Assembly: GCA_046543235.1 (NCBI GenBank)
Contig: JBKGZT010000013.1
Location: 1 to 26,954, forward strand
Reading direction: 5' to 3'
DNA: 26,954 nt
From: Candidatus Acetothermia bacterium
Lineage (GTDB): Bacteria > Bipolaricaulota > Bipolaricaulia > M55B111
In this document: positions 16,927-25,597 of the stretch, one piece after another
Numbering within the stretch: position 1 is the first letter of the stretch
Layout of the letters: the number at the start of each line of letters is the position of its first letter
Notes under the pieces: model-generated
Told to the model about the DNA's origin: nothing
Database searches by the model: none
The model's input: the letters and a program-made list of their open reading frames with translations, nothing else
Made by a program: the position numbers and the translations under genes

Positions 16927-17808
16927 ATGAACCCTAAACCGGACTGGATCAAGGTGGCTGCTCCTGGTGAAGCTGGAAGCCAGGAAGCGGTCGGGGAGAT
17001 CCTGGAAAAACACGAACTCAATACCGTCTGTCGGGAAGCGGACTGTCCCAATCAGGGTGAATGTTGGAAAGAAGGGACGGCTACGTTTATGCTCCTCGGT
17101 GACGTCTGTACTAGAAATTGCCGTTTCTGTGACGTTGATACCGGGAAGCCCACCAAGCCGGACGAGAAGGAGCCCAACAGGATCAAGCGGGCCGTTCGAG
17201 ATCTGGAGATCGATTACGTCGTTCTTACTTCTGTGGACCGGGACGACCTGTCAGACGGAGGAGCCGGACACTTCAAGAAGACGGTAGAAAAGATAAAGGA
17301 AATTCGGGAGACGCCGCTGGTCGAAGGGCTGATTCCGGACTTTGCGGGGAAGACTTCATCGCTAGAAAAGATAGCGGAAAGCGGAATGGAGGTCGTAGGA
17401 CACAATATCGAGACGGTGGAGAGGTTAACCCCGGATGTTCGGGACCCCAGGGCAAGTTACCGTCTCTCTCTTTCCGTCCTCGAAGAGGTGAAAAAGCTGG
17501 ATCCGAGCCTCGTTACCAAGTCCTCCATCATGCTCGGTCTGGGCGAAAAGAAAAGCGAAGTCATCGAAGCGATGAAGGACCTGCGAAGGTCAGGGGTGGA
17601 GATAGTCACTCTAGGCCAGTACCTCAGACCGACCGGGAAACAGTTGCCGGTCGAGAAGTTCTGGGAACTTTCGGAGTTCGAGGAGTTAAAGGAGGTAGGA
17701 AGAGATATGGGTTTCTCCGGGGTAGTCTCCGGCCCGTTTGTCAGAAGCTCTTATAAGGCCAAAGAGACCTACCTGAAGGCTCAAGAGGCTCGGCGGGATG
17801 GAGAATAA
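16927..17808 (+). CDS. lipA: Lipoyl synthase (radical SAM)
   Basis: CX4CX5C ([12 protein letters not shown]), CX3CX2C (CTRNCRFC), [24 protein letters not shown]. Confidence 0.98.
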   Translation: MNPKPDWIKVAAPGEAGSQEAVGEILEKHELNTVCREADCPNQGECWKEGTATFMLLGDVCTRNCRFCDVDTGKPTKPDEKEPNRIKRAVRDLEIDYVVLTSVDRDDLSDGGAGHFKKTVEKIKEIRETPLVEGLIPDFAGKTSSLEKIAESGMEVVGHNIETVERLTPDVRDPRASYRLSLSVLEEVKKLDPSLVTKSSIMLGLGEKKSEVIEAMKDLRRSGVEIVTLGQYLRPTGKQLPVEKFWELSEFEELKEVGRDMGFSGVVSGPFVRSSYKAKETYLKAQEARRDGE

Positions 17809-18604
17809 TAGTCCTCTGAGGACGATTACGGACCTGGGATTGAGGAGGCCGGAGCTCAACATCGCGCTGGAGGAGGCCATCGCGCGTAACGTCTCCTCGG
17901 GATTAGCGCCGCCGACCTTGAGGTTCTGGCGGAACGGGAACGCAGCAATACTGGGAAGATCACAGACGGCCGAGGTGGAGCTGGAATTGAGCCGGTGTAG
18001 GGATCTCGGCGTGCCGGTAATCAGGAGGCCCAGCGGTGGGGGGACGGTTCTTCATCACCCGAAGAACCTGAATTATTCCCTCTATCTGCCCGAATCCGGT
18101 TCGGGGACAGTTCGCGAAGAAACCATCAGGTTGTCACGTCCGGTTGCTGAAGTCCTGGAGGAAGCCGGATTCACAACCAGGGTGAAGACAAACGGGTTCT
18201 TCGTGAAGGAGGGTAAAGTCGGTGGTACTGCCCAGACCAGGCGCTGGGGGTTATTACATCACGGCACCCTGTTAATGGATAACTCCGGAATCATGGATTC
18301 GATGGAAGTTTTGCTCCGGGCCGGGAAGGAGAATTACGAGCAATTAAATCCAAAATTGCCTTCAAGGCCCTCGAAGGTGGTCAACCTGAGGGAACTACTC
18401 GGCGGAACGGTCGGACTGGAAGAACTTGTCGAGGGTTTGTACGAAGAATTTGCGAAAAGGCTGGACCTGACCCCGATATCCGGGGGAATATCCGAGCGGG
18501 AATGGAAGTACGCGAAAAGGCTTATGGAAGAGAAATACTCCTCCAGAGTTTGGACGTTCAGGTTTGCCGATGAAGGTGTTAAGGAGTTAGGTCGGACAGA
18601 ATAG
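17798..18604 (+). CDS. Lipoate-protein ligase A family catalytic domain (no C-terminal domain), divergent
   Basis: [46 protein letters not shown]; overlaps lipA by 11 nt. Confidence 0.85.
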   Translation: MENNSPLRTITDLGLRRPELNIALEEAIARNVSSGLAPPTLRFWRNGNAAILGRSQTAEVELELSRCRDLGVPVIRRPSGGGTVLHHPKNLNYSLYLPESGSGTVREETIRLSRPVAEVLEEAGFTTRVKTNGFFVKEGKVGGTAQTRRWGLLHHGTLLMDNSGIMDSMEVLLRAGKENYEQLNPKLPSRPSKVVNLRELLGGTVGLEELVEGLYEEFAKRLDLTPISGGISEREWKYAKRLMEEKYSSRVWTFRFADEGVKELGRTE

Positions 18605-18619
18605 GGGAGGGGATTACAC

Positions 18620-19831
18620 TTGATCGATTACACAAGCCGTAAGACTACAATATTGTTCCTGATAGGGCTAAGTTTCTTGCTTGTTCTTATGGGGCTTTCC
18701 GGAAGCGTTCGAAAAGCACGGGGATCGGAAGAGGCCGGACTTGGTTACTCTCTTGGTAGCGTTTTACTGCGCTGGAATCTGATTTCTTCCGGTCTGGTTT
18801 CACCCGGAAGCGATTCCATAAAGGACCCTCTGGCGAGTTCTCTGGATAGTTTGGAAGACGAACTCGATTCGGGGGATTTTTCGGCGGATCTGGTAGAAAG
18901 GGTGAAACCCCTGAAGGCGAAACTAGAAGCGGCTGGGGAGAAAAGCCTCTGGGAATCCCAACTTGGTTACTGGGGGTTTAGTGACGAAGAGACGTCCGTA
19001 AATCTCTCCGGGGCGAAAAAGGGTTCCGTGAACAAGGAAGCACGACTTCAATCCTACAGTTACCTGGAGTTTTCCGGCGACGATGACCGCGCGGTCGTAG
19101 ACCTGTCGGCGAAGTCGCTTTCCGTACCGCTCGATGTCTTCACCGTCGAGCTATGGATCAACCCCGACCCACAATCCTCTGGAACCGTGGTTCGGGGATC
19201 AAACTGGAGCCTGGAATTGGGGGAGGGAGGGCTCCTGGTGGAGCTTCCTTCGGGAAGCGTTCCGGGCGGAGAGGTAGTTCCAGAGCGGTGGTTTCACGTC
19301 GCGCTCGTCGTAGACAGTAGTTCAGCTATTCTCTATAGAAACGGATTACAGGTTGAGGAGGAAGAACTATCCGAATCGGTAAAAGTCGGTTCGGAACTGG
19401 AGCTGGGAGACGGCTTTCGCGGGAAACTGGACGAACTGAGGGTCAGACCGAAGCGCGTTTCCCCGGAGGAGATAAACTTCGACCGCCCGCTTGACTACCT
19501 GCTCGGCTTTCCCGTTATATCCCTGGTCAATCAGAAGTTTGACGATAGTAAGGCCTGGGAATTTTACGCGGGACTGCTCGTTTCGAGCCTCAAAGTGAAA
19601 GGGGAAAGCGGTTTAGCCGAGGTAAAGTCCGAGGACCTGAAGAACGTCTCCGACTTTCTCTTGGGGGAAGGTGAAAGTCTAATATCTCCCCCGGATTACC
19701 TGCCCGAGACTGTATTTAAGGACTTAAATGACCTCGGGCGCCTGGGAGAGAAGGAGGAGCTTTCTCAAAATGACAGGGAGGAAGTGGGTAAGAAGCTGGA
19801 CGCCTTAGCTAGTTACCTCGACCTTCCTTGA
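18620..19831 (+). CDS. Exported/membrane-anchored protein with LamG-like (concanavalin A-like) jelly-roll domain
   Basis: N-terminal hydrophobic segment; FTVELWINP, WFHVALV, LYRNG, FRGKLDELRV; TTG start with GGGGAGG SD. Confidence 0.75.
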   Translation: MIDYTSRKTTILFLIGLSFLLVLMGLSGSVRKARGSEEAGLGYSLGSVLLRWNLISSGLVSPGSDSIKDPLASSLDSLEDELDSGDFSADLVERVKPLKAKLEAAGEKSLWESQLGYWGFSDEETSVNLSGAKKGSVNKEARLQSYSYLEFSGDDDRAVVDLSAKSLSVPLDVFTVELWINPDPQSSGTVVRGSNWSLELGEGGLLVELPSGSVPGGEVVPERWFHVALVVDSSSAILYRNGLQVEEEELSESVKVGSELELGDGFRGKLDELRVRPKRVSPEEINFDRPLDYLLGFPVISLVNQKFDDSKAWEFYAGLLVSSLKVKGESGLAEVKSEDLKNVSDFLLGEGESLISPPDYLPETVFKDLNDLGRLGEKEELSQNDREEVGKKLDALASYLDLP

Positions 19832-20426
19832 AGCCTCCCTCCCTCCACCACCCGAGCAGGTTTTCGAGGGAGTCGGAGTTGTAGTGTTTTCTTAATAAGT
19901 TTCCGAGTCTTTTCCCCGAGTCCGTTTTCAGCAGCGTCACCGTATTTTCAAACCAATTACCCGATTGTTGGTTTCCCGATGCTTCGTACTCCAGCGCTTG
20001 AAAGGCGAGTTCAAGGAGGTCGGCATCCCGAGCGATGCGCTTTAGGACTTCCTCCCCTTTGAACTCATCGAAGGTTTGTTTCATCGATTTTTCTACCTCT
20101 TCGGGCAGATTCTCCAGCTGGTCCTCGAGCACCTCGGAAGAGAGGTAGTCTCCCCTGTCGAGGTAGCGCTGGGCGAGCCAGTCCAGGTCGCCCGTTCTCG
20201 TCTCAGCAATATCGTGCAATAGACAGTAACCGGCTACTTTATGGGGATCGTAGCCTTCCATGACCGCAAGTAAATAGCCTATGACCCCGGTTCGGAAGGA
20301 GTGTTCTGCGACAGACTCCGGGTCCTCTATCCCAAGCTTTAACCAGCCCGACCTGGGTAGCCGTTTAAGCTGACCCAGTTCGAATACAAATTTAACCATT
20401 CCTTCTAAATCTCTCTTTTCGGACAT
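19809..20426 (-). CDS. HD-domain hydrolase, YfbR/HDDC2-like 5'-deoxynucleotidase
   Basis: LKRLPRSGW, ESVAEHS, LLHDIAETRTGD, DADLLE. Confidence 0.9.
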   Translation of the reverse strand: MSEKRDLEGMVKFVFELGQLKRLPRSGWLKLGIEDPESVAEHSFRTGVIGYLLAVMEGYDPHKVAGYCLLHDIAETRTGDLDWLAQRYLDRGDYLSSEVLEDQLENLPEEVEKSMKQTFDEFKGEEVLKRIARDADLLELAFQALEYEASGNQQSGNWFENTVTLLKTDSGKRLGNLLRKHYNSDSLENLLGWWREGGFKEGRGN

Positions 20427-20677
20427 TTTGATTGTTCCCCCTTTTGATGCTATACAGGCCGTTTTACGGATAAAACTTAAGGCCGGAAAGGGAATTTATA
20501 AAGACGATGGGGTAGCTTTTCGCGTCGTCTTTGGACCGATCTGGCCGGTATGTTTCTAGGTGAGTTAATTAAGAGACGGATTTTAGCCCTGCCGGTGATT
20601 GCTTTCCTTGTGTATTTTGGGTTCCGGGAGGATGATTTTATTGCTCATTTAACTGGAGGACTAAACTAATTAGAAAT

Positions 20678-21706
20678 ATGCGAAAAATTACCAAGCTGTT
20701 AGTTGGAATCCTTGTTATGGTGGTCTTATTCTGGGCAGGTGCGGGGGAGGTCGACCAGAGGACCTTCGTAAACTTAAGCAGACCCGGCTCCGGGGAAACT
20801 CAGGGTCAGACACGAGCAATCAGGGGAATATACCTGCATTCCAGAGCTATAGACAGGGCAAATACCTTGGAGTGGATAGACAAGCTAAAAGAACACGGCT
20901 TGAACGGGGTCGTAATCAATGTTAAGAACGTATCCGGGGAAGTTACTTACGACTCCGACGTCATGCTGGCAGAGGAACTCGGAGCGGAGACCGGGAGGCT
21001 CGACCTGGAGCCTATCGTGGACCTGCTTCACGAACACGGTATTTACGCGATCGCCAGACTTACCTGTTTTAAGGATCCCCTCCTTGCCTCCCGCTGTTGT
21101 GGGGGAGGGAACTGGGCTGACCCTTCGGATCGAACGGCGCAGCGGTATATTCAGGACCTGGCTCGGGAAGCTGCCGAAATGGGTTTCGACGAGGTCCAGC
21201 TCGATTACGTTCGCTATTCCGACGGGCCCGGCAAGATAGGCGGTGATTACGAGGACAGGAGCAGGGTTATTGCCGAGTTCGTTTCGGATCTTAGGGGTTC
21301 TCTTCCCTCCCGGGTGAAGCTTTCCGCCGATGTTTACGGGCGGACGATGTGGGGTTGGAACAGCGATAACAAGGATCCAGTCGGCCAGAACCTCGAGTAC
21401 CTGGATGAGCCGACGGATTATTTGTCCCCGATGATTTACCCTTCCCACTATACCAACCCTGAACTGGTATACAATCCGGGCAAGTTAGTAGAGATGTCCA
21501 TGAGAGCGGGTATGGAGAGAGTGAAGGGAGAATTTAGACCGTTCATTCAGGGCTTCGACAGGGCAATGCCGCCCGGTATCAACCTAATTGACTATATGAA
21601 GGAGGAGCTAAAGGCACTGGAAAGGGTCGGCGTAGAGGGTTATCTGGTCTGGAACCCGAAGTCGAATTACGAGTCGCTGTGGAAGACATTGGAAACGATC
21701 GATTGA
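20678..21706 (+). CDS. Exported putative glycoside hydrolase (DUF4015-like TIM barrel)
   Basis: Signal peptide; RGIY, NGVVINVK, IARLTCFKD, GFDEVQLDYVRY, SADVYG, GQNLE, SPMIYPSHY, RPFIQGF, LVWNP. Confidence 0.82.
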   Translation: MRKITKLLVGILVMVVLFWAGAGEVDQRTFVNLSRPGSGETQGQTRAIRGIYLHSRAIDRANTLEWIDKLKEHGLNGVVINVKNVSGEVTYDSDVMLAEELGAETGRLDLEPIVDLLHEHGIYAIARLTCFKDPLLASRCCGGGNWADPSDRTAQRYIQDLAREAAEMGFDEVQLDYVRYSDGPGKIGGDYEDRSRVIAEFVSDLRGSLPSRVKLSADVYGRTMWGWNSDNKDPVGQNLEYLDEPTDYLSPMIYPSHYTNPELVYNPGKLVEMSMRAGMERVKGEFRPFIQGFDRAMPPGINLIDYMKEELKALERVGVEGYLVWNPKSNYESLWKTLETID

Positions 21707-21731
21707 AGGGTTAAAAGTCCGACCTTAATCA

Positions 21732-21761
21732 AGAGCCCCGTCCTGAAAGGGACGGGGCTCT
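21732..21761. terminator. Strong hairpin between convergent genes, probable bidirectional terminator
   Basis: AGAGCCCCGTCC(T)-GAAA-(G)GGACGGGGCTCT, 12-bp perfect stem; U-tracts are short on both sides. Confidence 0.7.
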
Positions 21762-21802
21762 ATTGCTTTCGAAAAAGACGGAAGGTTTAAAAGATGATGA
21801 AT

Positions 21803-24217
21803 TTAGCCCTCGTCCTCTTCGTTTCCGTTTGAGTTCAGTGCTTCGTGAATTTCCCTTATCCTTTTGTCGGCCCGGGCAAAGATCGTACCTTCTTCGTATT
21901 CCCCGTCAACGCGCTCGGCTCCGGCCGGCATATCCGTAAGTAACTCCAAGCCTTCACTCACGGTCTTTACCGGGTAGATGTGGAAATCCCCGGATTCTAC
22001 CGAATCGATTACCTCGTCGTTTAGCATCAGGTTATCGACGTTTTCCTCGGGTAGTATTACTCCCTGATCCCCCGTTAGTCCCTGCTGCCTGCAGACTTCG
22101 TAGAACCCCTCTACTTTTTCCTTTGCACCGCCAATTGGCTGAATTTCGCCTTTCTGGTTAACGGATCCCGTGACCGCGATCCCCTGGTTGATCTCCAGTT
22201 CCGCCAGTTGCGAAATAATGGCGTAAAGCTCGGTACTCGAGGCGCTATCCCCGTCGATTTTGGAATAACTCTGTTCGAAGGCTATATTCGCCGTAAGAGA
22301 GAGCGGCTTGTCGTAAGCAAATTTCTGTCCCAGGTAGCCTTTCAATATCATTACACCTTTGGTGTGCGTGTTGCCTGAGAGATCGGCTTCGCGGTCTATG
22401 TTGACTACGCCTTCCTTTCCGGCATAGACGTTGGCCGTTATCCTGGCTGGTTTGCCGAAAGTAAAGTCTCCGGTGTCCAGCACGGAGAGTCCGGTTATCT
22501 GACCGACTTCCCAGCCCTCGGTGTCGATAAATATCTTGTTTCGTTCAATGTACTCCTGGATCTTGTCCTTGAACAGGCTACGCCGCTCTATTTGTTCTTC
22601 TACTGCCTTCTGCACGTGGCTTTGGTCAACGTACTCCGCCCCCTGTTTTTTCGCCCAGTAGCTTGATTCCTTTACTAGCTCGGTTATCTCGCTGAATTTC
22701 GTAGATAGTTTTTCCTTGTCCCTGGCCATTTCGGAGGAGTACTCGACTACCTTGGCAGCGCCTGAGGGATAGAAATGCTTTACCTCCGAGTTGTTCTCCG
22801 CCTGATCGTTGATGAATTGGGCGATCTTTAACTCTCTCGACTCTTCCCAGTCCATTTCGTCGTCGAAGTCCGACTTGACGTTAAATAGTTTCTGGAAATC
22901 CTCTTCGAAACTGTTCAGGATGTTGTAAATTCTGCGGTTGCCAATCAGTACGACCTTGATACTCAACGGAATAGGTTCGGGCTGAAGGCCTTTTGTTGAC
23001 GCGTACCCGAGCATCTGGGCGGGATCCTCTATCTTTATCTCACCCTGATTGAGAGCGGTTTTCAGCCCTTCCCAGCTGAGGCCGTAGCGGAACAGGTTTT
23101 TAGCCTTTAAGACCAGGTATCCTCCGTTTGCCTGGTGAAGCGCACCTGGTTTTATCATGGTGAAGTCCGTGGACATCATTCCGAATTGAGCCTGTTTTTC
23201 CACAGCTCCGAACAGGTTGGGGTAGGTGGCGTTATCCTCCACGACCACGGGTGCACCTTCCGTGTCCCCGTTGTTGACGAGCACGTTTACCCGATATTTA
23301 ATGAATGGGTCCTGTCCTGACGCGGCTATTTGTGCCATTGGAGCTGGCTGTTTGCCGGAATTCTGGTTGGTAAAATCGTCGATGTTGTCCAGGATATCTT
23401 TTTTGACTTCGTGCAGGTAGTCCACGATTTTTTCGTTCTCACTGTACTTCTCCTGGAGCTTGCGGAGCATCGGGTCAAGGAGGAAGGAAATGGCTTCCTT
23501 CTTTAAGTTCTGAATCTTTTCGTCCCGTTTCTCCTCGGCCTCCATGACTTTTTGCATGGTTTCCTGAATTAGGTTCTGGAGTTCTTCCTGTTTCTCCTCC
23601 AGTTCCTCCCGATGATCATCCTCGAGCTCGCTAAACTCCTGCTGGTCCATCGGTTCTCCGTCTTCCCCTTTTGGTACGGTATTTAAGCCGAATGGAGTCC
23701 GCTGGAGCATGAAACCCCGGCTGGAGGCTTCCTCTTCTAGTTCTTCGAATAGCTGTTGTTTTTTCTGGTTAAATTCAGTATCAATTGCCTCTTTTCTTTG
23801 TTTGTACTCCCCGGTCTCGAACGTATCGGAGACGCCATCTTCGAGGTGTTCAACCAGTTCGTTCATGTCCTCTCTGAATTCGCATCCTTTGCCCGCTTTG
23901 AGCCTCAGGAACTGTGGCCTGTCGGGATTTTCAAAGTTGTGAATGTAACATATGTCGGGTGGGGGATCTTCTTTCTTGCTTTCCCGTGACAGGAATTTGT
24001 TAATTGCCGAGTTCTTTCCAGTCCCGGGCTGGCCGGCTACGTAGATGTTGTAACGGTTCTCGTCGTCTTTAACTCCCAGCCCAAGCTCTATGGCCCCCAG
24101 CGCCCTGTCCTGGCCGATTATCTCTTTTAGCGGGTCCAAATCCTCCGTAGTCTCGAAAGAAAAATCATCCGCTGAACACGTCCTTCGTAAGTCAGAGCTT
24201 CCAAGTTCTCTTGTCAT
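21803..24217 (-). CDS. Lon-family (S16) protease, LonC-like/AAA_32 type
   Basis: IGQDRA, Walker A GQPGTGK, long coiled-coil insert, GALHQANGGYL, catalytic GDSAS Ser with Lys exactly 43 residues later. Start placed at ATG 24217 behind SD AGGAGG. Confidence 0.92.
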   Translation of the reverse strand: MTRELGSSDLRRTCSADDFSFETTEDLDPLKEIIGQDRALGAIELGLGVKDDENRYNIYVAGQPGTGKNSAINKFLSRESKKEDPPPDICYIHNFENPDRPQFLRLKAGKGCEFREDMNELVEHLEDGVSDTFETGEYKQRKEAIDTEFNQKKQQLFEELEEEASSRGFMLQRTPFGLNTVPKGEDGEPMDQQEFSELEDDHREELEEKQEELQNLIQETMQKVMEAEEKRDEKIQNLKKEAISFLLDPMLRKLQEKYSENEKIVDYLHEVKKDILDNIDDFTNQNSGKQPAPMAQIAASGQDPFIKYRVNVLVNNGDTEGAPVVVEDNATYPNLFGAVEKQAQFGMMSTDFTMIKPGALHQANGGYLVLKAKNLFRYGLSWEGLKTALNQGEIKIEDPAQMLGYASTKGLQPEPIPLSIKVVLIGNRRIYNILNSFEEDFQKLFNVKSDFDDEMDWEESRELKIAQFINDQAENNSEVKHFYPSGAAKVVEYSSEMARDKEKLSTKFSEITELVKESSYWAKKQGAEYVDQSHVQKAVEEQIERRSLFKDKIQEYIERNKIFIDTEGWEVGQITGLSVLDTGDFTFGKPARITANVYAGKEGVVNIDREADLSGNTHTKGVMILKGYLGQKFAYDKPLSLTANIAFEQSYSKIDGDSASSTELYAIISQLAELEINQGIAVTGSVNQKGEIQPIGGAKEKVEGFYEVCRQQGLTGDQGVILPEENVDNLMLNDEVIDSVESGDFHIYPVKTVSEGLELLTDMPAGAERVDGEYEEGTIFARADKRIREIHEALNSNGNEEDEG

Positions 24218-24238
24218 GGTCAATCCTCCTTGAGGGAA

Positions 24239-24267
24239 ATGGTAAAGGAGCGGGTTCTTCAGTTCAA
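24239..24267 (-). promoter_or_regulatory. Putative internal promoter for the Lon-like protease
   Basis: Minus strand TTGAAC-17 nt-TACCAT in the pmbA-lon gap. Confidence 0.55.
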
Positions 24268-24274
24268 TTGGGGA

Positions 24275-25597
24275 CTAGCCCTTTTGAACTACGTTTACGC
24301 CGGACAGAGCAACTGGAGGAGACTTCAGTCCGCCCCCGATCCACTCGCCCTCTTTTCCTATTTCGAGGTTCCCGTCCAGCAGTTCGTAGACGTTGCCCGC
24401 GATCATGGTATTCTTTACCTTACCCTTAATTTCTCCGTTCTCTATCCTGTAAGCTACCGAAACGTTGTTCGAGAACTCTCCTGAGAGCGTATTGCCCTGA
24501 CCAAGCCCGAGCACCTGATCCACCAGCAAGCCGGTATCGACGTCGGAAATCATCCTTCCTATAGTCTTCTCGCCCGGACCAACCAAGAGGGAGGTCGGGC
24601 CGGTGCTCGGTGGAGACCTGAAGTCTCCCCCGCTGATCAATCCCCCTTTGAGGCCGTTTCCCGTCGGCTCCCGGTCGGCCATTCCCGCCGTCTGCAGGTC
24701 GTAGAGGAAGTTTTCTACCGTGCCTTCCTTAATCAGGGGAATCCGTCCCACGGGAAGGCCCTCGTCGTCGAAGCTCCTTCTCGCTGGTGACCCTTCTATC
24801 GACCCGTGATCAATTAGGGTAAGTTCTTCCGAAAAAACTTCCCGGCCTAACTTTTCGCCGAGAGGGGAAGTGCCCTGGTAAACGTTTTTCCCGTTAAAGC
24901 CGGCAAGGAGCGGGACGAGAAGCACCAGAGTTCCTCTGGGTGTAAAGAGGACGGGATAGGTTCCGCTCTCGATTTTCGTTTCCCTTTGTGCCCACTTTAG
25001 CTTCTGAATTGCCCGGTCGACCAGGCTATCGGGCTCGAAATCCTCCAGTTTTCGTGCGGACTCGGTTTCCCTGAAGCTGAAGATATCTCCTTCCTTTACG
25101 TCCTTGACCGTGAGGCTTGCCGAGACGCTCGTCCTTTGCTCTTCCTGGGCCAGGCCGTTGCTGTTTTGGACCCGAACTTCGTCTTTTGATCTGGTCAAAT
25201 TTAAGTTGAGCTCGAGTTCGTCGTCGAACTCTTCTATCCGCTTGATAACACGTTTTCCGATCTCGACCAGATCGGCAGGAGAAAGCTCTGAAACCGCGGG
25301 ATCCGAGGTAGGCAGCTCGTCAGCTTTGCCGGAATCGGGAAACTCGAACCCGGCGCTTTCCCCGAGCTTTGCCGTAGCCTTTGCCCTTTCTATTAAGGTA
25401 TCCTGGCTTTCCAGATCCGTCGTGGAAGAGAAGCCGAGTCGCCCATTATGAATTACGCGAAGAGCTTTTCCGATCGTCTCCACCGCCTTGACCGATTCCA
25501 GTTCACCGGATTCGAACTTGACGGGAACGGAGTGGCCCCGGATTCCGAAGACTTCAGCGCTATCGACCTCTTTGCTTGCTTTTTTCAGCAGATCCAT
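24275..25597 (-). CDS. pmbA: TldE/PmbA family protein (non-catalytic subunit)
   Basis: GRLGFSST, FDDEG, TGNG, SGEFS, IAGN, SPP; lacks HExxxH; TAATG coupling to tldD. Confidence 0.9.
   Translation of the reverse strand: MDLLKKASKEVDSAEVFGIRGHSVPVKFESGELESVKAVETIGKALRVIHNGRLGFSSTTDLESQDTLIERAKATAKLGESAGFEFPDSGKADELPTSDPAVSELSPADLVEIGKRVIKRIEEFDDELELNLNLTRSKDEVRVQNSNGLAQEEQRTSVSASLTVKDVKEGDIFSFRETESARKLEDFEPDSLVDRAIQKLKWAQRETKIESGTYPVLFTPRGTLVLLVPLLAGFNGKNVYQGTSPLGEKLGREVFSEELTLIDHGSIEGSPARRSFDDEGLPVGRIPLIKEGTVENFLYDLQTAGMADREPTGNGLKGGLISGGDFRSPPSTGPTSLLVGPGEKTIGRMISDVDTGLLVDQVLGLGQGNTLSGEFSNNVSVAYRIENGEIKGKVKNTMIAGNVYELLDGNLEIGKEGEWIGGGLKSPPVALSGVNVVQKG

Noticed and set aside
16267..17013. 248-aa minus-strand ORF across lipB/lipA
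   Set aside because: Shadow ORF of conserved genes
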